Shown here: positions 40,271 to 49,513 of the stretch, piece after piece
Position numbering within the stretch: position 1 is the first letter of the stretch
How the letters are laid out: each line of letters starts with the position of its first letter
NCBI GenBank assembly: GCA_964199315.1
Contig: OZ116699.1
Coordinates: 12,090,001-12,154,000, forward strand
DNA: 64,000 nucleotides
Reading direction: 5' to 3'
From: Orbicella franksi
Taxonomy: Eukaryota
Program-made: the position numbers and the translations under genes
Notes under the pieces: generated by a model
Databases searched by the model: none
Told to the model about the DNA's origin: nothing
What the model saw: the letters and a program-made list of their open reading frames with translations, nothing else

Positions 40271-43200
40271 TGCATACGGCTTTGCGTACAGAAGGAAACT
40301 TGTCAGATATGAATTGACTCCAGGCAGCTAAAGAGCTAGTGAAACTTAATACATGGTGAAATTTTGAGCTCTTTGGGTGTAATATTCAAGGAGATATTGT
40401 CTTTCAAAAACTGCAAAATTTCTGGGTGGCAAAGCGCTAATGACCTCATACATTCTTTGTAAGATTTTGAGTTTTTAAACCCGTGTTGCACAAAAAGTAT
40501 TCAATACATCAGGCTCATATTCATTGGTAGAGTTAATCGTACTATAACCTTTCAGTATTCAGATGTGATTTATTTTTAGCTCCATCAGAAACTGAATTGC
40601 TTATGCTAATGAGGCAAATATTGTAAACAAGGATTCCCTTATACAGGCCGTAACTCGAAGAAGAAAAACAATAATCCGGAGAAGAGATGTGTTTGACGGG
40701 AAACTATTTATCAAGTCACGCGGAAGGTTTTCTATTTCCCACACATGCATTAACCAGAGAGGCAGGTTTTAGCCCAAATATTTTTTAGAACTCGCTCAAA
40801 TTTTAAAATTTTTTACAACCAGGCAACCATAAAACAAAGTCAGAAGATGTTTTCAAAACTGACTCGAAGTTGTTTACAATCTTACCGTCATCCAGTTCGC
40901 GATAGCGCTCAACTTCTCTTAAACTTGTCTGAAGTGTTCCGTAGCGTGGCTTTGCTTCATTCAGGGAAATCTTTGACTCAGACTTTCTTTTCATGAACGC
41001 GAAGGAGGGACGATGTCACTGCTTATAAGCCATTGTTACTCTCTTTACCGTCGGTCCAGTCTCCTTGATGTTTATTCCTTACCATTTCAAACTCTTTAAA
41101 GGTGTGTTCTGGTTGTAGTTCGGAATTTTAGAATACCACGACACACGACGCCATGTTTGTTTTGGATGTTGCAATCAAAACATAACTTTTCTGCTCCCCC
41201 CTGGAATATGCAAGTATTCAAAAACACTAAAGTCCCGTCCATACTACGCCGGAGGAATTTAAAAACGCAACCATCACCGATCATTTTGGATTTGTGTTTG
41301 AGGAAACCTCGATCAGGGAAATCACAAGATTATCGTGACGCCATCGTTTTTGTTTTCCGTCCACAAGAAAACGAAAAGCCTGCGTTTTCAAATTCCTCCG
41401 GTTTGAAGAGCGCAGCAATGGAGCTGCTTTTTCAAATTTTTCTGCCTAAGTACCAAAACAATCTCTGGGGTGTGCGAAAGAGACAATTTCTAGTTAGTAA
41501 TCCAATTAGGGCATTAGACAGCCTTTCAGGCTACCATGGGAAGAAGGTAAACGATAAAGGCGTTTGGAGGAAGTGCAACAAAACAAGCTGGAGTAATAAA
41601 AAATGGAGCAACAAAGCGTGCAAAATGACATAACTACAAGGTGATAGCACAACTTACAAGAACATAGGTGTGCCATCTAATAGCAAAACAAGGGGACCTA
41701 ATTGCTGAATAGTACAAACCAAGAAAACAAGCCTGCAAAAATTACAGGAGCCAAGAAAAAAGGTACCGCACAAACCCGGTATTTGCAAGGCAATGGTTGC
41801 ACAATAAAAAGATCACTGAATAGTACGAAACAAAATAAAAACATGCAAACTATGTTTGAGCCGAGGGCGTACGCGAGAAAATAGCACTGAACAAACCCGG
41901 GGTTTGTGAGTCAAAACACGCATATTTACATCAACATCACTGAATAGTAGTAGCCACGAACACTAGTGTGCGAACTTAAGAGCCAGTTCCTGTAAATACC
42001 GAGAATGAGATGACAGTCGTGAAATTTTCGATTTCTTCATATTTTTCCCAAATAGCCTCTGTAGTGAGTTGTTTTCGAAAATACCATTCAAAGGTCCTGA
42101 AGCGCTTTAGTTTTTTCGAAATCGAGGAAAGTTTGAAAATCGCCATTTTAGCTGCCTGACGCCGCCAAAAATGGCCGAAAATTGTGCATTTTCTTTTCGC
42201 TCGTACAGATCAACGAGATGATATCTACCAATATACTTTGGGTAGCTCATAGTGCATGTCTTGCTGTTTCTAAAGCATTTATTTGACTAGTAAAAGCTCC
42301 AAGTTTAATATTTTAGGCCGATAAAAGTACCTTCATCGAAGCTCGTGAGCGAAATGGCTAATTTTAGCTAATTTCAATACCATCAAAAGCCCACTGGTAC
42401 ATTGAATTTGAAGTCGAAACTAAAATTTTCTGAAAGCCCATACTCTATATTATGTTGTGTGAAAGTCTCTTCCGCGGCCCGAAAAAAATAACCCGTCGAG
42501 AGACATAAACGTGTGGTACATTTTTGTAAATTCGTCATTCGCGAAACCAACATGGAACTTGGCCAGCTATCTTCATCAAGAACAAAACTAAGCGAATGGA
42601 AACCTTTTTCGTCAATAAGGATACTTGTAATGTTTTATTTTCCTTTTAGATTGACCTTCTGATTAACTTTTGCAAACATTTGCAGTTAAATCAAAATAGA
42701 CGCTGCTTTTGGTACATTTTAATGTTATGCAAATATATTTCGATCGCCGGCACGTGCATATCGATCGCCCGAAACTGATTCTCCTTCCGCCTTCTGTATG
42801 TTACTTTTTGAAGGTTACAACTGTAGCACACATTATTCGTTCAATATCGGCAGTTTTAACTTTTGTGGAACACCCATGGCCACAACCAAACTTGATTTCA
42901 AGTAAAAAAAACATTTTGAAACGTGAAGTTTGAGTAAACAATCGATTACAGTTGCATCCGTCATGTTTGGCGTAAATATTCGAACACAACCATTTCATGT
43001 AATCAGGTATACTCTACTTTAAAAACAACCGTCTCATCGCAGCATTTCTTGAAATCCTGGTCTGAGACCAGGTAATGCCGATAACAAAGCGCGAGCAGTT
43101 GACGAAACTTCATGATCAACTGTCGAAACGTTGTACTTGTGGAATAGGCAAGATGATTCAACCTTTGTATTTCTTACCCGTCTGCTTGCAGTTCTTATGG

Positions 43201-46200
43201 ATACAGTTCCCCTGTCTTTTACCACCAGATTTATAGATAAATCGTTCGTTTCCTATCACTTAATATGGCACATACCTCTGAATAAAACACATACTGTGAC
43301 ATCATTTTTCTTGGAGTGTTCCAACAGGCGTTCGCCAATTGCAAAACGTAAGCAGCAAGACAGAAAACTACAAAGGCTTCTTCGTCAATCGCACTACGCT
43401 GTCCAGATTTCTTTCTTACAAAGTTTCCAGACTTCGCTCTCTTTTAAAATTCCAAGACTTCGCCGTTCTGTAGGCCAGTCCGAATAACTTTCATGGCCTT
43501 AGTTGAGTAAGTACTTGACTTTGTTTGGTGGTCCCAGTTCGGACATATGTGGATTGCGTGACAATCGGCCACTGTTCCAAACAAGTCGCTATCTGACGTT
43601 TTGCAAAGTGAGTGAAGATGGCAACGTGGACCTCGAGGGGAGGGAGAAACCCATATAAGAAGGACGGGGGTGCTCCTGAAAAATTTTGATCCCCTAAAAT
43701 CCCCTAAGAGGTACCAAGATCCTGTTTTTTCTCCTCTAAAAGACACCATTTCTTACATAACACATTATCTCCACGCGTCATATTTTTTTCGGCTCAATAC
43801 CCTAAAAGGCGTAGCAAAAGCTCCCGCTTTGGACCTTTTGAGGCTGAACACCCTGAGGGCTACTAAAACTTCATTTTTAACCCCTAAAAGGTACGACGAG
43901 CTCCCCCGCCCCGGGGGCGAGGGGGCGTGGACAGGGAATCCAAACTGCTCCTTACTCGCCTCGTGTAGGCCGGGTGTTTTCTCTATGTCTGGTTGAAAAA
44001 ATGGAAACTACAGTCGATCCTGCACAACCATCTCTCCACAAAGGACCACCTCTCTGCAACGGCCACTTTTTTTATTCCGGCGGACGGTCACTCTTATTTT
44101 AATCTCTCTACAACGGCCACCTCTCGACAACAGCAACAGCCACTAAAACACGTCCCAACTGCCAAAAAAACCTTTTCACAACGGCCAGCTAATCAACAAC
44201 TGACGAACGCTGTCTACAAAACCGCATTTTTTATTGGACATGGTCACGAAACTTGATCCATGCCGCAGGTCTTTGGTCTCTATTTCTGTTTGGTTTCTGT
44301 CTTATTGATATATTTTGATCGTGTTACGAATTTACATGTTACACTAAGCCTTTTTTAAGATAAAAATGTTGAAACCCAAGAAAATATCGGTGTCATATTT
44401 CACCCCTACTGATGCCGCTCCATAACGGCGACTTTCCTCTGTCCCCAAAGTGGCCGTTGTAGAAAGTATCGACTTTATTACCGTTAATAAAAAAAACACA
44501 CCCTTCCTATTGAACTTTAAAATACAGGTATATTGCTCCAGGTTTTTGGTGTAGAAATGCACCTAGGAGAAACTAGTCTTAAATGGGTACGTGTTGAGAA
44601 TTTACGTACATATTCACTCCTGTTACCGGTTCTTATTTAAACCTATATAAACTATACAGTCGAACGTCTACTAACGGTCACCTCTCCACTGTGAACCCCT
44701 CTCTACAACAGACACATTTTTTTGTTCCGGTGGACAGTCCATACATTCCTCTGAAATGCGCAAAATAAGGCTACAATACATAATGCCTAACTATTTTATA
44801 CCGCCTAATTATTGATGGGAAGTCCGCTAGATCAATAATTGTGAATTCTCACGGTAAAATAAAGGAGAATTTTAGTTCTTCTGCGTGTCCGATTTTTGGA
44901 AAGCGCCCATATTATTGTCTATATAGTTTAGCAGAGGGCAACAGGAGTGAATATGTATGTAAACTCACACCGCGTATCTCAGATCTGATGCCCTCTAGGC
45001 CTCCTTCGTCCTTTTTGTATTCCAGCCCTATCCCGGTGCATTTCTATTCAAAAAGTACGAACGACAAACATGTATTTTAAAGGTAAAGAGGAAATGTGTT
45101 TGCACAACTTTTGTGAACGCGGTAATACTTTCCATTAATCTACGTAGACATGCCGTGATAGCAGGACCCGCGCACGGCTCTGTCAGTTCGTCGAGTTCTG
45201 TCCTCTTGCAGAATTAAACAACACCCCCTTCCCCCTACATCCTTCAATTTCGTCCAAAAATGTTTATTTAGGCTGACAGTGCGAACCACGTTACTTGCAC
45301 GAGCAAACAGTTTCACTCGCCGCCATCTTCACCCACTTTGGAAACTTTGCAAGTGGCCGTTTGTCACGCAATCCACATTTGCCATATGGTCTGAACTGGG
45401 ACCACCAAACAAAGTCAAGAACTTACTCAACTAACACCATGACAATTATTCGGACTGGCCAACAGAACGGCGAAGTCTTGGAATTTAAAAAAAAAATCCG
45501 AAGTCTGGAAACTTTGTAAGAAAGAAATCTGGACAGCGTAGTGCGATTGACGAAGAAGCCTCTGTGGTTTTATTGTCTTGCTGCTTACTTTTTGTGGCCG
45601 CGGGCAACTGTTGGAACACCCCAAGAAAAGTATGTGTTTTATTCAGAGGTATGTACTATATTAGCTAAAGAAACCAACCATTCATTTATAAATCTGGTGG
45701 TAACAGACAGGTGCAATTGTATCCATAAGAATTGCAAGCACAGGGGTAAGAAATACAAAGCTTGAATCATCTTGCTTATTCCACAAGTACAACGTTTCGA
45801 CAGTTGGTCGTGAAGTTTCGTCAACTGCTCGCGCTTTGTTATCGGCATTACCTGGTCTCAGACCAGGATTTCAAGAAATGCTGCGATGAGACGGTTGTTT
45901 TTAAAGTAAAGTGTACCTGTTTACATGAAATGGTTGTGTTCGAATATTTACGCCAAACATGATGGATGCAACTGTAACCGATTGTTTACTCAAACTTCAC
46001 GTTTCAAAATGTTTATTTTCACTTAAAGACAAGCTCGGCTGTGGTCACGGGTGTTCCACAAAAGTTAAAACTGCCGATATTGAACGAATAATGTGTGCTA
46101 CAGTTGTAACCTTCAAAAAGAAACATACAGTAGGCTGAGGGAAAAACATTTCCCGGCGATATGCACGTGCCGGTGATCGAAATAGATTTGCATAGCATTA

Positions 46201-49200
46201 AAATGTACCAAAAGCAGCGTCTATTTTGATTTAACTGCAAATGTTTGCAAAAGTTAATCATGTGGTCAATCTAAAAGGAACTTGAAAAAAAAAACAGATC
46301 ACAAGTATCGTTATTGACGAAAAAGGTTTTCATTCGCTTATTTTTGTTCTTGATGAAGATAGCTGGCCAAGTTCCATGTTGGTTTCGCGAATGACGAATT
46401 TACAAAAATGTACCACACGTTTATGTCTCTCGACGGGTTATTTTTTTCGGGCCGCGGAAGAGACTTTCACACAACATAATATAGAGTATGGGCTTTCAGA
46501 AAATTTTAGTTTCGACTTCAAATTCAATGCACCAGTGGGCTTTTGATGGTATTGAAATTAGCTAAAATTAGCCATTTCGCTCACGAGCTTCGATGAAGGT
46601 ACTTTTATCGGTCTAAAATATTATTAAACTTGGAGCTTTTACTAGTCAAATTAATACTTTAGAAACAGCAAGACATGCACTATGAGCTACCCAAAGTATA
46701 TTGGTAGATATCATCTCGTTGATCTGTACGAGCGAAAAGAAAATGCACAATTTTCGGCCATTTTTGGCGGCGTCAGGCAGCTAAAATGGCGATTTTCAAA
46801 CTTTCCTCGATTTCGAAAAAACTAAAGCGCTTCAGGACCTTTGAATGGTATTTTCGAAAACAACTCACTACAGAGGCTATTTGGGAAAAATATGAAGAAA
46901 TCGAAAATTTCGCGACTGTCATCTCATTCTCGGTATTTACAGGAACTGGCTCTTAAGGGAGCCGACTTAAAAGCACCGCACAAACCCATTGTTTAAATAA
47001 TAAACATTTCTGCAACTTCACAGTAATAATAATAACAATAACAACAACAACAACAACGACAATCACAATAACAATAATAACGGGCATCCGTCAGTCTCGA
47101 GAGACTATTGATACGCACTCTGGGTGTTAGTATATACTATCAAGCCAACTGAGAGCTGGTCACGTTGAGAGTTCGTAATACACCCGTAGATGATGAAGAA
47201 TGCAAGTGAATATATGAAAGATCATATATTTGAACTTCATCTGCGGGTATATTACGAACTCTCAACGTGACCAGCTCTCAGTGGGCTGGATAGCTCAGTT
47301 GGTAGACACTAAGGTCATGGGTTCGAATCCCGTTCAGGCCTGAATGTTTTTCAGACTTTAATTTTACAACTGCTTAAGTTGTGTATAACTGTGATGATCA
47401 ATCATATCTTCATGTATCTGTTCTTTAATTCATGTTTTTGTGTCTAGTATCTGAGTTAGTCGTTGCGAAGATTTCTTAAGAATGGTTTGTAGATGGCACG
47501 TAAGCCATTCAGAGACACAGTGGCGAAAACAAACCCACTTGCAAGCCAATTTACCACGGAAAAAAGTATATTATTTGCCTGCCTAGGGTCGGTCCGATAA
47601 GGAAAAACTGTGACCTCGACCTTGAAAATGCTGCAATATCATGTTTGTCTTTTCCATCTAAGTTAGTAGTTGTTGATATCATATTAATTGATACCAGGCT
47701 AGTATTGCTAATGTTTTCAACAGCTATTTCGTTTCTATTGGATCAAAACTTGTACGCACAATGAGCTACGATACTTAACGCTAACAAATCATATAGGGAA
47801 TTTTTAGGCCAATTACTGTGCAGTAATTTTTATCTTGGTCCTCTTACACGAGGAGATAAACAAGAGAAGATAAATGATCTTAATTCAAACAAAGCAAATG
47901 GTCTAAACAGTATGTCATGAATAAAAGCCAAAAAGCAACAAACCCCACAAGAAAAAGATCCGTAATACCAGTAAGGCTGCCAGATTTGGGTTTCCATATA
48001 ACGGACCTGCTGCACGCGCTTGGTCTGGTTAAGGGAGTCAGGAAATGTGCAAGCAGCATGGACGAGAACTTGTTCATTCGGCATATAGCGTACTACACGT
48101 CAGGTTACTAGTGAATGACAAATAAACGAGCATTAATAAAGTGTATTATCGTTTGTCTCACGATGTAGTCACTTGAGATGTAGATCGCGATCTACATCTC
48201 AAGTGACTATATCGTGAGACAAACGATAATACACTTTATTATTGCATCTACCACGATGAATAACAACAACCTTTTCCTCGACAAACGAGCATTACATTGA
48301 AATTGAATTCACTCAAATTGTTCTTTTATTGTCATGATTGATTTTAAATTGTTAGTATTTGCTGATCAGTGGGTAAAGCTTGCGCATATGCGTGATACCT
48401 TTTAGTGGGAAATATAAGGATTTTGCCTGAACTCATACAACAAAATGAACACTGTGTGGTGAATGATGTATGACTTCATCTGCATGATTAGATGTGCTAT
48501 TTTTTTTCTTGTAGTTATTTTATGATTTGGAACCTTGTCTGAAGCCCTTCTATGACGGATGTGTCGATAATAGAAACAACTGGCAGTCGTTGGCGGACAA
48601 GAATAATGAAGAAGGTGCGGTCACGGGCATTATTTTCAGGTTTGGTACGCTTTCGGCGGCATACCGTGAGAGTTGGCTAGTTGGCTAGAGACAAGCGAAG
48701 TAAAATGCCCATGGCGAGACCAAATGAGTGCTTACAAAAGGTCCAGTTGGGTGCAACCAGTTAGGAATCTTCGTTTGGTCGCACCATCGGTCTTTTGGCT
48801 CGACTAAGTTACGCAAAAATACGGCCATGGCTAGACCAAACTCGCCAGATATGCCGCCGAAGCGTACCAAAGAACTACGATTAGGTTGAAAAATCCGGCC
48901 AGATTATGTCAGTGACTTGACGAGTCAGCCGGAAAGTAAACGATGCTTATGATCGGAATAGGAGACACAAAGCAGAGAATTAACTCTGAGGTCTAAGTGC
49001 TGAGTAGTCCCTCTTTCGCTTAGTCCGTCGAGCGAGACCGTAAATAAACCGTGAAGAACTCGCACTTCTTACCCCCAGAATTTCGCGCGGGCATTTTTTT
49101 CTCGCGGTTTTCTTTCGCTTCACGCACGACGGACTAAGCGAAACGGAGGGACTACTCGAAGTCTAATCCGAGCGGCACGACTTGATTGTAAGGAGCACTT

Positions 49201-49513
49201 CTAAGTTAAAATCAGGATTTGGGCAGTCTATTTTTCTCCACGTGCTCTGAGTTTTAAACAGAACGAAACACTTTGGACAACATTGAAGATACCAATTGTT
49301 TCTTTTTATCTTGTAGCAATGAACGAATCAAGGGAAACATCCTTCAGTGGAGACAAGAACGAAGCAAATAACAATACGAGAAATTCAGCTGCACAGAAAG
49401 TTGATAAACTAATTACTTTAGAAAGTAAGATATCCGAGACGAAAGATTCAACAAGTGAGGCAAACAACAAGAACAACAGGGATAAGAAATCAAAGACATG
49501 CTGTATTCTGTGA
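5300..49513 (+). CDS. PDE5/PDE6-like: cGMP-binding GAF-GAF cyclic nucleotide phosphodiesterase (PDE5/6/11 clade), 22 coding exons, 2613 nt, 870 aa, C-terminal CaaX
   Basis: All 21 introns are GT-AG with consistent phases. GAF-A ([30 protein letters not shown]) and GAF-B ([24 protein letters not shown]). Catalytic motifs [28 protein letters not shown]. Ends KKSKTCCIL*. Confidence 0.95.
8555..8765 (-). mobile_element. 3' fragment of a non-LTR retrotransposon ORF2 (C-terminal Cys/His domain)
   Basis: [28 protein letters not shown] matches the CxxC..IEDExHFLxxCxxY motif at LINE ORF2 ends. Confidence 0.7.
8775..8960. repeat. Partial MITE-like interspersed repeat
   Basis: Internal GGTCCGACCGG palindromes and an AATGGAAAGCAC-type end. 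Explains the GC-rich ORFs at 8572-9019. Confidence 0.45.
9503..9595. mobile_element. Short MITE, same family as 48641-48870
   Basis: TTTGGTGCGCTTTAGCGGCATATC ... GATGTGCCGCCGAAGCGTATCTAAA imperfect inverted ends. Confidence 0.55.
9931..10020 (+). CDS. PDE exon 2
   Basis: tttcag [30 protein letters not shown] gtacc. Confidence 0.93.
10110..10178 (+). CDS. PDE exon 3
   Basis: tccag [23 protein letters not shown] gtgagc. Confidence 0.93.
10461..10536. repeat. (GT)23 microsatellite grading into a G-run tract
   Basis: GT dinucleotide 10461-10506, then GGGT GGGT GGGGGGGGGGG T GGGGGGGGGG. Confidence 0.97.
10839..10928 (+). CDS. PDE exon 4
   Basis: tttag [30 protein letters not shown] gtaaac. Confidence 0.93.
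11126..11166. repeat. (CAT)n microsatellite
   Basis: Pure TCA/CAT run. Confidence 0.95.
11297..11365. repeat. Imperfect (ATT)n microsatellite
   Basis: ATT runs with interruptions. Confidence 0.9.
11868..12064. mobile_element. TAGCCTG..CAGGCTA-family MITE with 9-bp TSD
   Basis: TATCCTGCGTAGCAGTCTTTTCCGTTT / AAACGGAAAAGACTGCTACGCAGGCTA TIRs. Left TSD AGTTACATG at 11859-11867; the right copy is split by the adjacent element. Confidence 0.8.
12875..13685 (+). pseudogene. Integrase-core (DDE) transposase remnant
   Basis: Stop and frameshift ridden: [84 protein letters not shown]. Matches the [19 protein letters not shown] family. Confidence 0.8.
13913..14104. mobile_element. TAGCCTG-family MITE nested in the right TIR of the IS3EU-like element
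   Basis: TAGCCTGCGTAGC...GCTACGCAGGCCA with 9-bp TSD CTAAAGGAT/CTAAACGAT. Absent from the left arm. Confidence 0.85.
15376..15648 (-). mobile_element. tRNA-derived SINE
   Basis: Reverse strand starts GGGAGGTGCGGCTACCTCATGGCTAATGCG (A box) and GAGTTCGAGCCC (B box), then TGTGTTCTTGGGCAAGACACTTTACTCTCAC core. Related copy at 30571-30840. Confidence 0.8.
15859..15999 (+). CDS. PDE exon 5 (GAF-B start)
   Basis: tgcag [17 protein letters not shown]...[14 protein letters not shown] gtaggt. An alternative donor after 16003 is possible. Confidence 0.88.
16425..16489 (+). CDS. PDE exon 6
   Basis: acag [22 protein letters not shown] gtaggt, phase 0/2. Confidence 0.82.
17114..17177 (+). CDS. PDE exon 7
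   Basis: tgcag [21 protein letters not shown] gtaaag, phase 2/0. Confidence 0.88.
17735..17782 (+). CDS. PDE exon 8
   Basis: ttag [16 protein letters not shown] gtataa. Confidence 0.92.
18346..18421 (+). CDS. PDE exon 9
   Basis: tttag [26 protein letters not shown] gtaagt. Confidence 0.93.
18436..23130 (-). mobile_element. Kolobok-type DNA transposon (4695 bp) in PDE intron 9
   Basis: TTAA + GGTGGCTCTATATAGT ... ACTATATAGAGCCACC + TTAA (18432-18435, 23131-23134). Encodes a transposase. Confidence 0.92.
19120..23035 (-). pseudogene. Spliced Kolobok transposase fused to DEDDh 3'-5' exonuclease and PML-C-terminal-like domain; one frameshift
   Basis: Exons 23035-22538, 22273-22174 and 21696-19120 (GT-AG, phases 0 and 1). 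Motifs [48 protein letters not shown]. Exonuclease YDIET / GHNSQVFD / HDAMDD. A frameshift near 19440 leads into [25 protein letters not shown]. Confidence 0.85.
23925..25740. mobile_element. Interspersed element with ACCGGTCGTTTCGC termini, host of a nested element
   Basis: ACCGGTCGTTTCGC at 23925 and GCGAAACGACCGGT ending about 25740. Internal CAGTTCGCCAACG repeats at 25010-25100. Confidence 0.55.
23941..24987. mobile_element. Non-autonomous TIR element with subterminal (TCACAGG)n arrays
   Basis: CAGGTTTCTTTCACAGG... / ...CCTGTGAAAGAAACCTG. About 13 heptamers on the left, 3-4 on the right. No TSD found. Confidence 0.75.
26233..26560 (-). mobile_element. Gypsy-like LTR retrotransposon integrase fragment
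   Basis: [45 protein letters not shown] matches the rve core (D..SDNGP, degenerate). Confidence 0.75.
27068..27194. mobile_element. TAGCCTG-family MITE
   Basis: TAGCCTACAGTGCAGACG / CACCTGCATTGCAGGCTA. 9-bp flanks CGCTACCGC/TGCTAGCGC (7/9 match). Confidence 0.65.
27582..27835. repeat. Minisatellite, six units of about 40-48 bp
   Basis: Core AGGAGACCCATGGCCTCTTAAGTAG plus C-rich linker. Confidence 0.9.
27942..28009 (+). CDS. PDE exon 10
   Basis: tttag (G)[22 protein letters not shown] gtaaag. Confidence 0.93.
28154..28246 (+). CDS. PDE exon 11
   Basis: tgcag [31 protein letters not shown] gtacgt. Confidence 0.93.
28901..29058. repeat. Imperfect fold-back MITE-like repeat
   Basis: AATAGGCCACTTTCGATATATTAAAATTCAGC ... 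GCTGGATTTTAATATATGGAAATCAGTCTATT, with inner arms AGAGGACACA/TGTGTCCTCT. Confidence 0.65.
30049..30099 (+). CDS. PDE exon 12
   Basis: ttcag [17 protein letters not shown] gtaagc. Confidence 0.92.
30571..30840 (+). mobile_element. Degenerate tRNA-derived SINE (family of 15376-15648)
   Basis: GTTGTGTTCTTGAGCAAGAAACTTTACTC, CACTGGTGAATTTAATGCTGGGGGGTAACCCTGCGATGGAC core. Confidence 0.75.
31457..31563. repeat. Perfect 39-bp-stem hairpin
   Basis: Arms 31457-31495 and 31525-31563, 29-nt loop containing GAGGCCGAAGGCCGAATC. Confidence 0.9.
32093..32239 (+). CDS. PDE exon 13 (catalytic domain start)
   Basis: ttcag [20 protein letters not shown]...AVHTKRE gtaact. Confidence 0.92.
32405..32697 (+). 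mobile_element. RTE-clade LINE 3' end fragment
   Basis: [57 protein letters not shown], the typical RTE C-terminus. Confidence 0.85.
33564..33671 (+). CDS. PDE exon 14
   Basis: ttcag [36 protein letters not shown] gtacgc. Confidence 0.95.
34527..34636 (+). CDS. PDE exon 15
   Basis: atag TGNMRRFF...[19 protein letters not shown] gtgagc. Confidence 0.95.
35205..35292 (+). CDS. PDE exon 16
   Basis: acag [29 protein letters not shown] gtaagg. Confidence 0.95.
35315..35615. repeat. Interspersed repeat ending in a branched (multi-hairpin) palindrome
   Basis: Outer stem AACAATTAGACCC/GGGTCTAATTGTT encloses three hairpins at about 35513-35613. Confidence 0.7.
35907..36057. repeat. Near-perfect 73-bp-stem hairpin
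   Basis: Arms 35907-35979 and 35985-36057, loop GCGAA, one mismatch. Confidence 0.95.
36636..36736 (+). CDS. PDE exon 17
   Basis: taag [34 protein letters not shown] gtaagt. Confidence 0.94.
37347..37488 (+). CDS. PDE exon 18
   Basis: tgcag KRGSFEKIV...[24 protein letters not shown] gtttgt. Confidence 0.94.
38030..38095. repeat. Imperfect (ATCA)n microsatellite
   Basis: CAATCAATCAAT run. Confidence 0.9.
38620..38694 (+). CDS. PDE exon 19
   Basis: ttag [25 protein letters not shown] gtgagt. Confidence 0.95.
38771..38820. repeat. (ATCC)n microsatellite
   Basis: About 12 units. Confidence 0.95.
38821..39110 (+). mobile_element. L2/CR1-type LINE reverse transcriptase C-terminal fragment
   Basis: [22 protein letters not shown] ... 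[24 protein letters not shown]. Confidence 0.75.
39592..39675 (+). CDS. PDE exon 20
   Basis: tgcag [28 protein letters not shown] gtaag. Confidence 0.95.
40224..40643. mobile_element. MITE-like element with imperfect TIRs
   Basis: TATAGGGG..TTGTTTACATTTTTGCTCATTTGCATA versus TATGCTAATGAGGCAAATATTGTAAACAAGGATTCCCTTATA. Confidence 0.55.
41231..41412. repeat. MITE-like repeat fragment
   Basis: CCGGAGGAATTTAAAAACGC / GCGTTTTCAAATTCCTCCGG inverted arms. Confidence 0.6.
41980..46952. mobile_element. Kolobok-type foldback element with about 1.64-kb inverted arms in PDE intron 20
   Basis: TTAA + GAGCCAGTTCCTGTAAATACC ... GGTATTTACAGGAACTGGCTC + TTAA. Arms 41980-~43623 and ~45321-46952. Spacer about 1.7 kb of small repeats. 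Confidence 0.9.
44009..44476. mobile_element. Tc1/mariner-like MITE in the foldback spacer
   Basis: TA+CAGTCGA start, ACAACGGCCAC repeats, GTGGCCGTTGTAGAAAGTATCGACT end. Second fragment at about 44655-44740. Confidence 0.55.
47148..47412 (+). repeat. tRNA-related interspersed repeat with internal fold-back
   Basis: Arms 47148-~47193 and ~47237-47282, followed by a truncated tRNA-like GATAGCTCAGTTGGTAGA..GGGTTCGAATCCC. Related collapsed hairpin at 50255-50313. Confidence 0.7.
48134..48241. repeat. 108-bp loopless palindrome
   Basis: Centre ATCG|CGAT at 48187/48188, one mismatch. Confidence 0.95.
48515..48614 (+). CDS. PDE exon 21
   Basis: gtag [34 protein letters not shown] gtgcgg. Confidence 0.9.
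48641..48870. mobile_element. MITE
   Basis: TTTGGTACGCTTTCGGCGGCATA / TATGCCGCCGAAGCGTACCAAA TIRs. Confidence 0.75.
49003..49158. mobile_element. MITE
   Basis: GAGTAGTCCCTCTTTCGCTTAGTCCGTCG / CGACGGACTAAGCGAAACGGAGGGACTACTC TIRs. Confidence 0.75.
49317..49513 (+). CDS. PDE exon 22 (terminal, CaaX)
   Basis: tgtag, phase 1, (A)MNESRETS...[16 protein letters not shown]. Confidence 0.85.

Noticed and set aside
42709-46261. Mirror-image short ORFs in the foldback arms
   Set aside because: They recur only because the arms are inverted copies. Frames are not conserved between arms and no THAP, KolX or transposase motif was recognised.
47284-47342. Possible tRNA gene
   Set aside because: The anticodon arm is largely missing and there is no acceptor stem pairing. 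It is embedded in a dispersed repeat.
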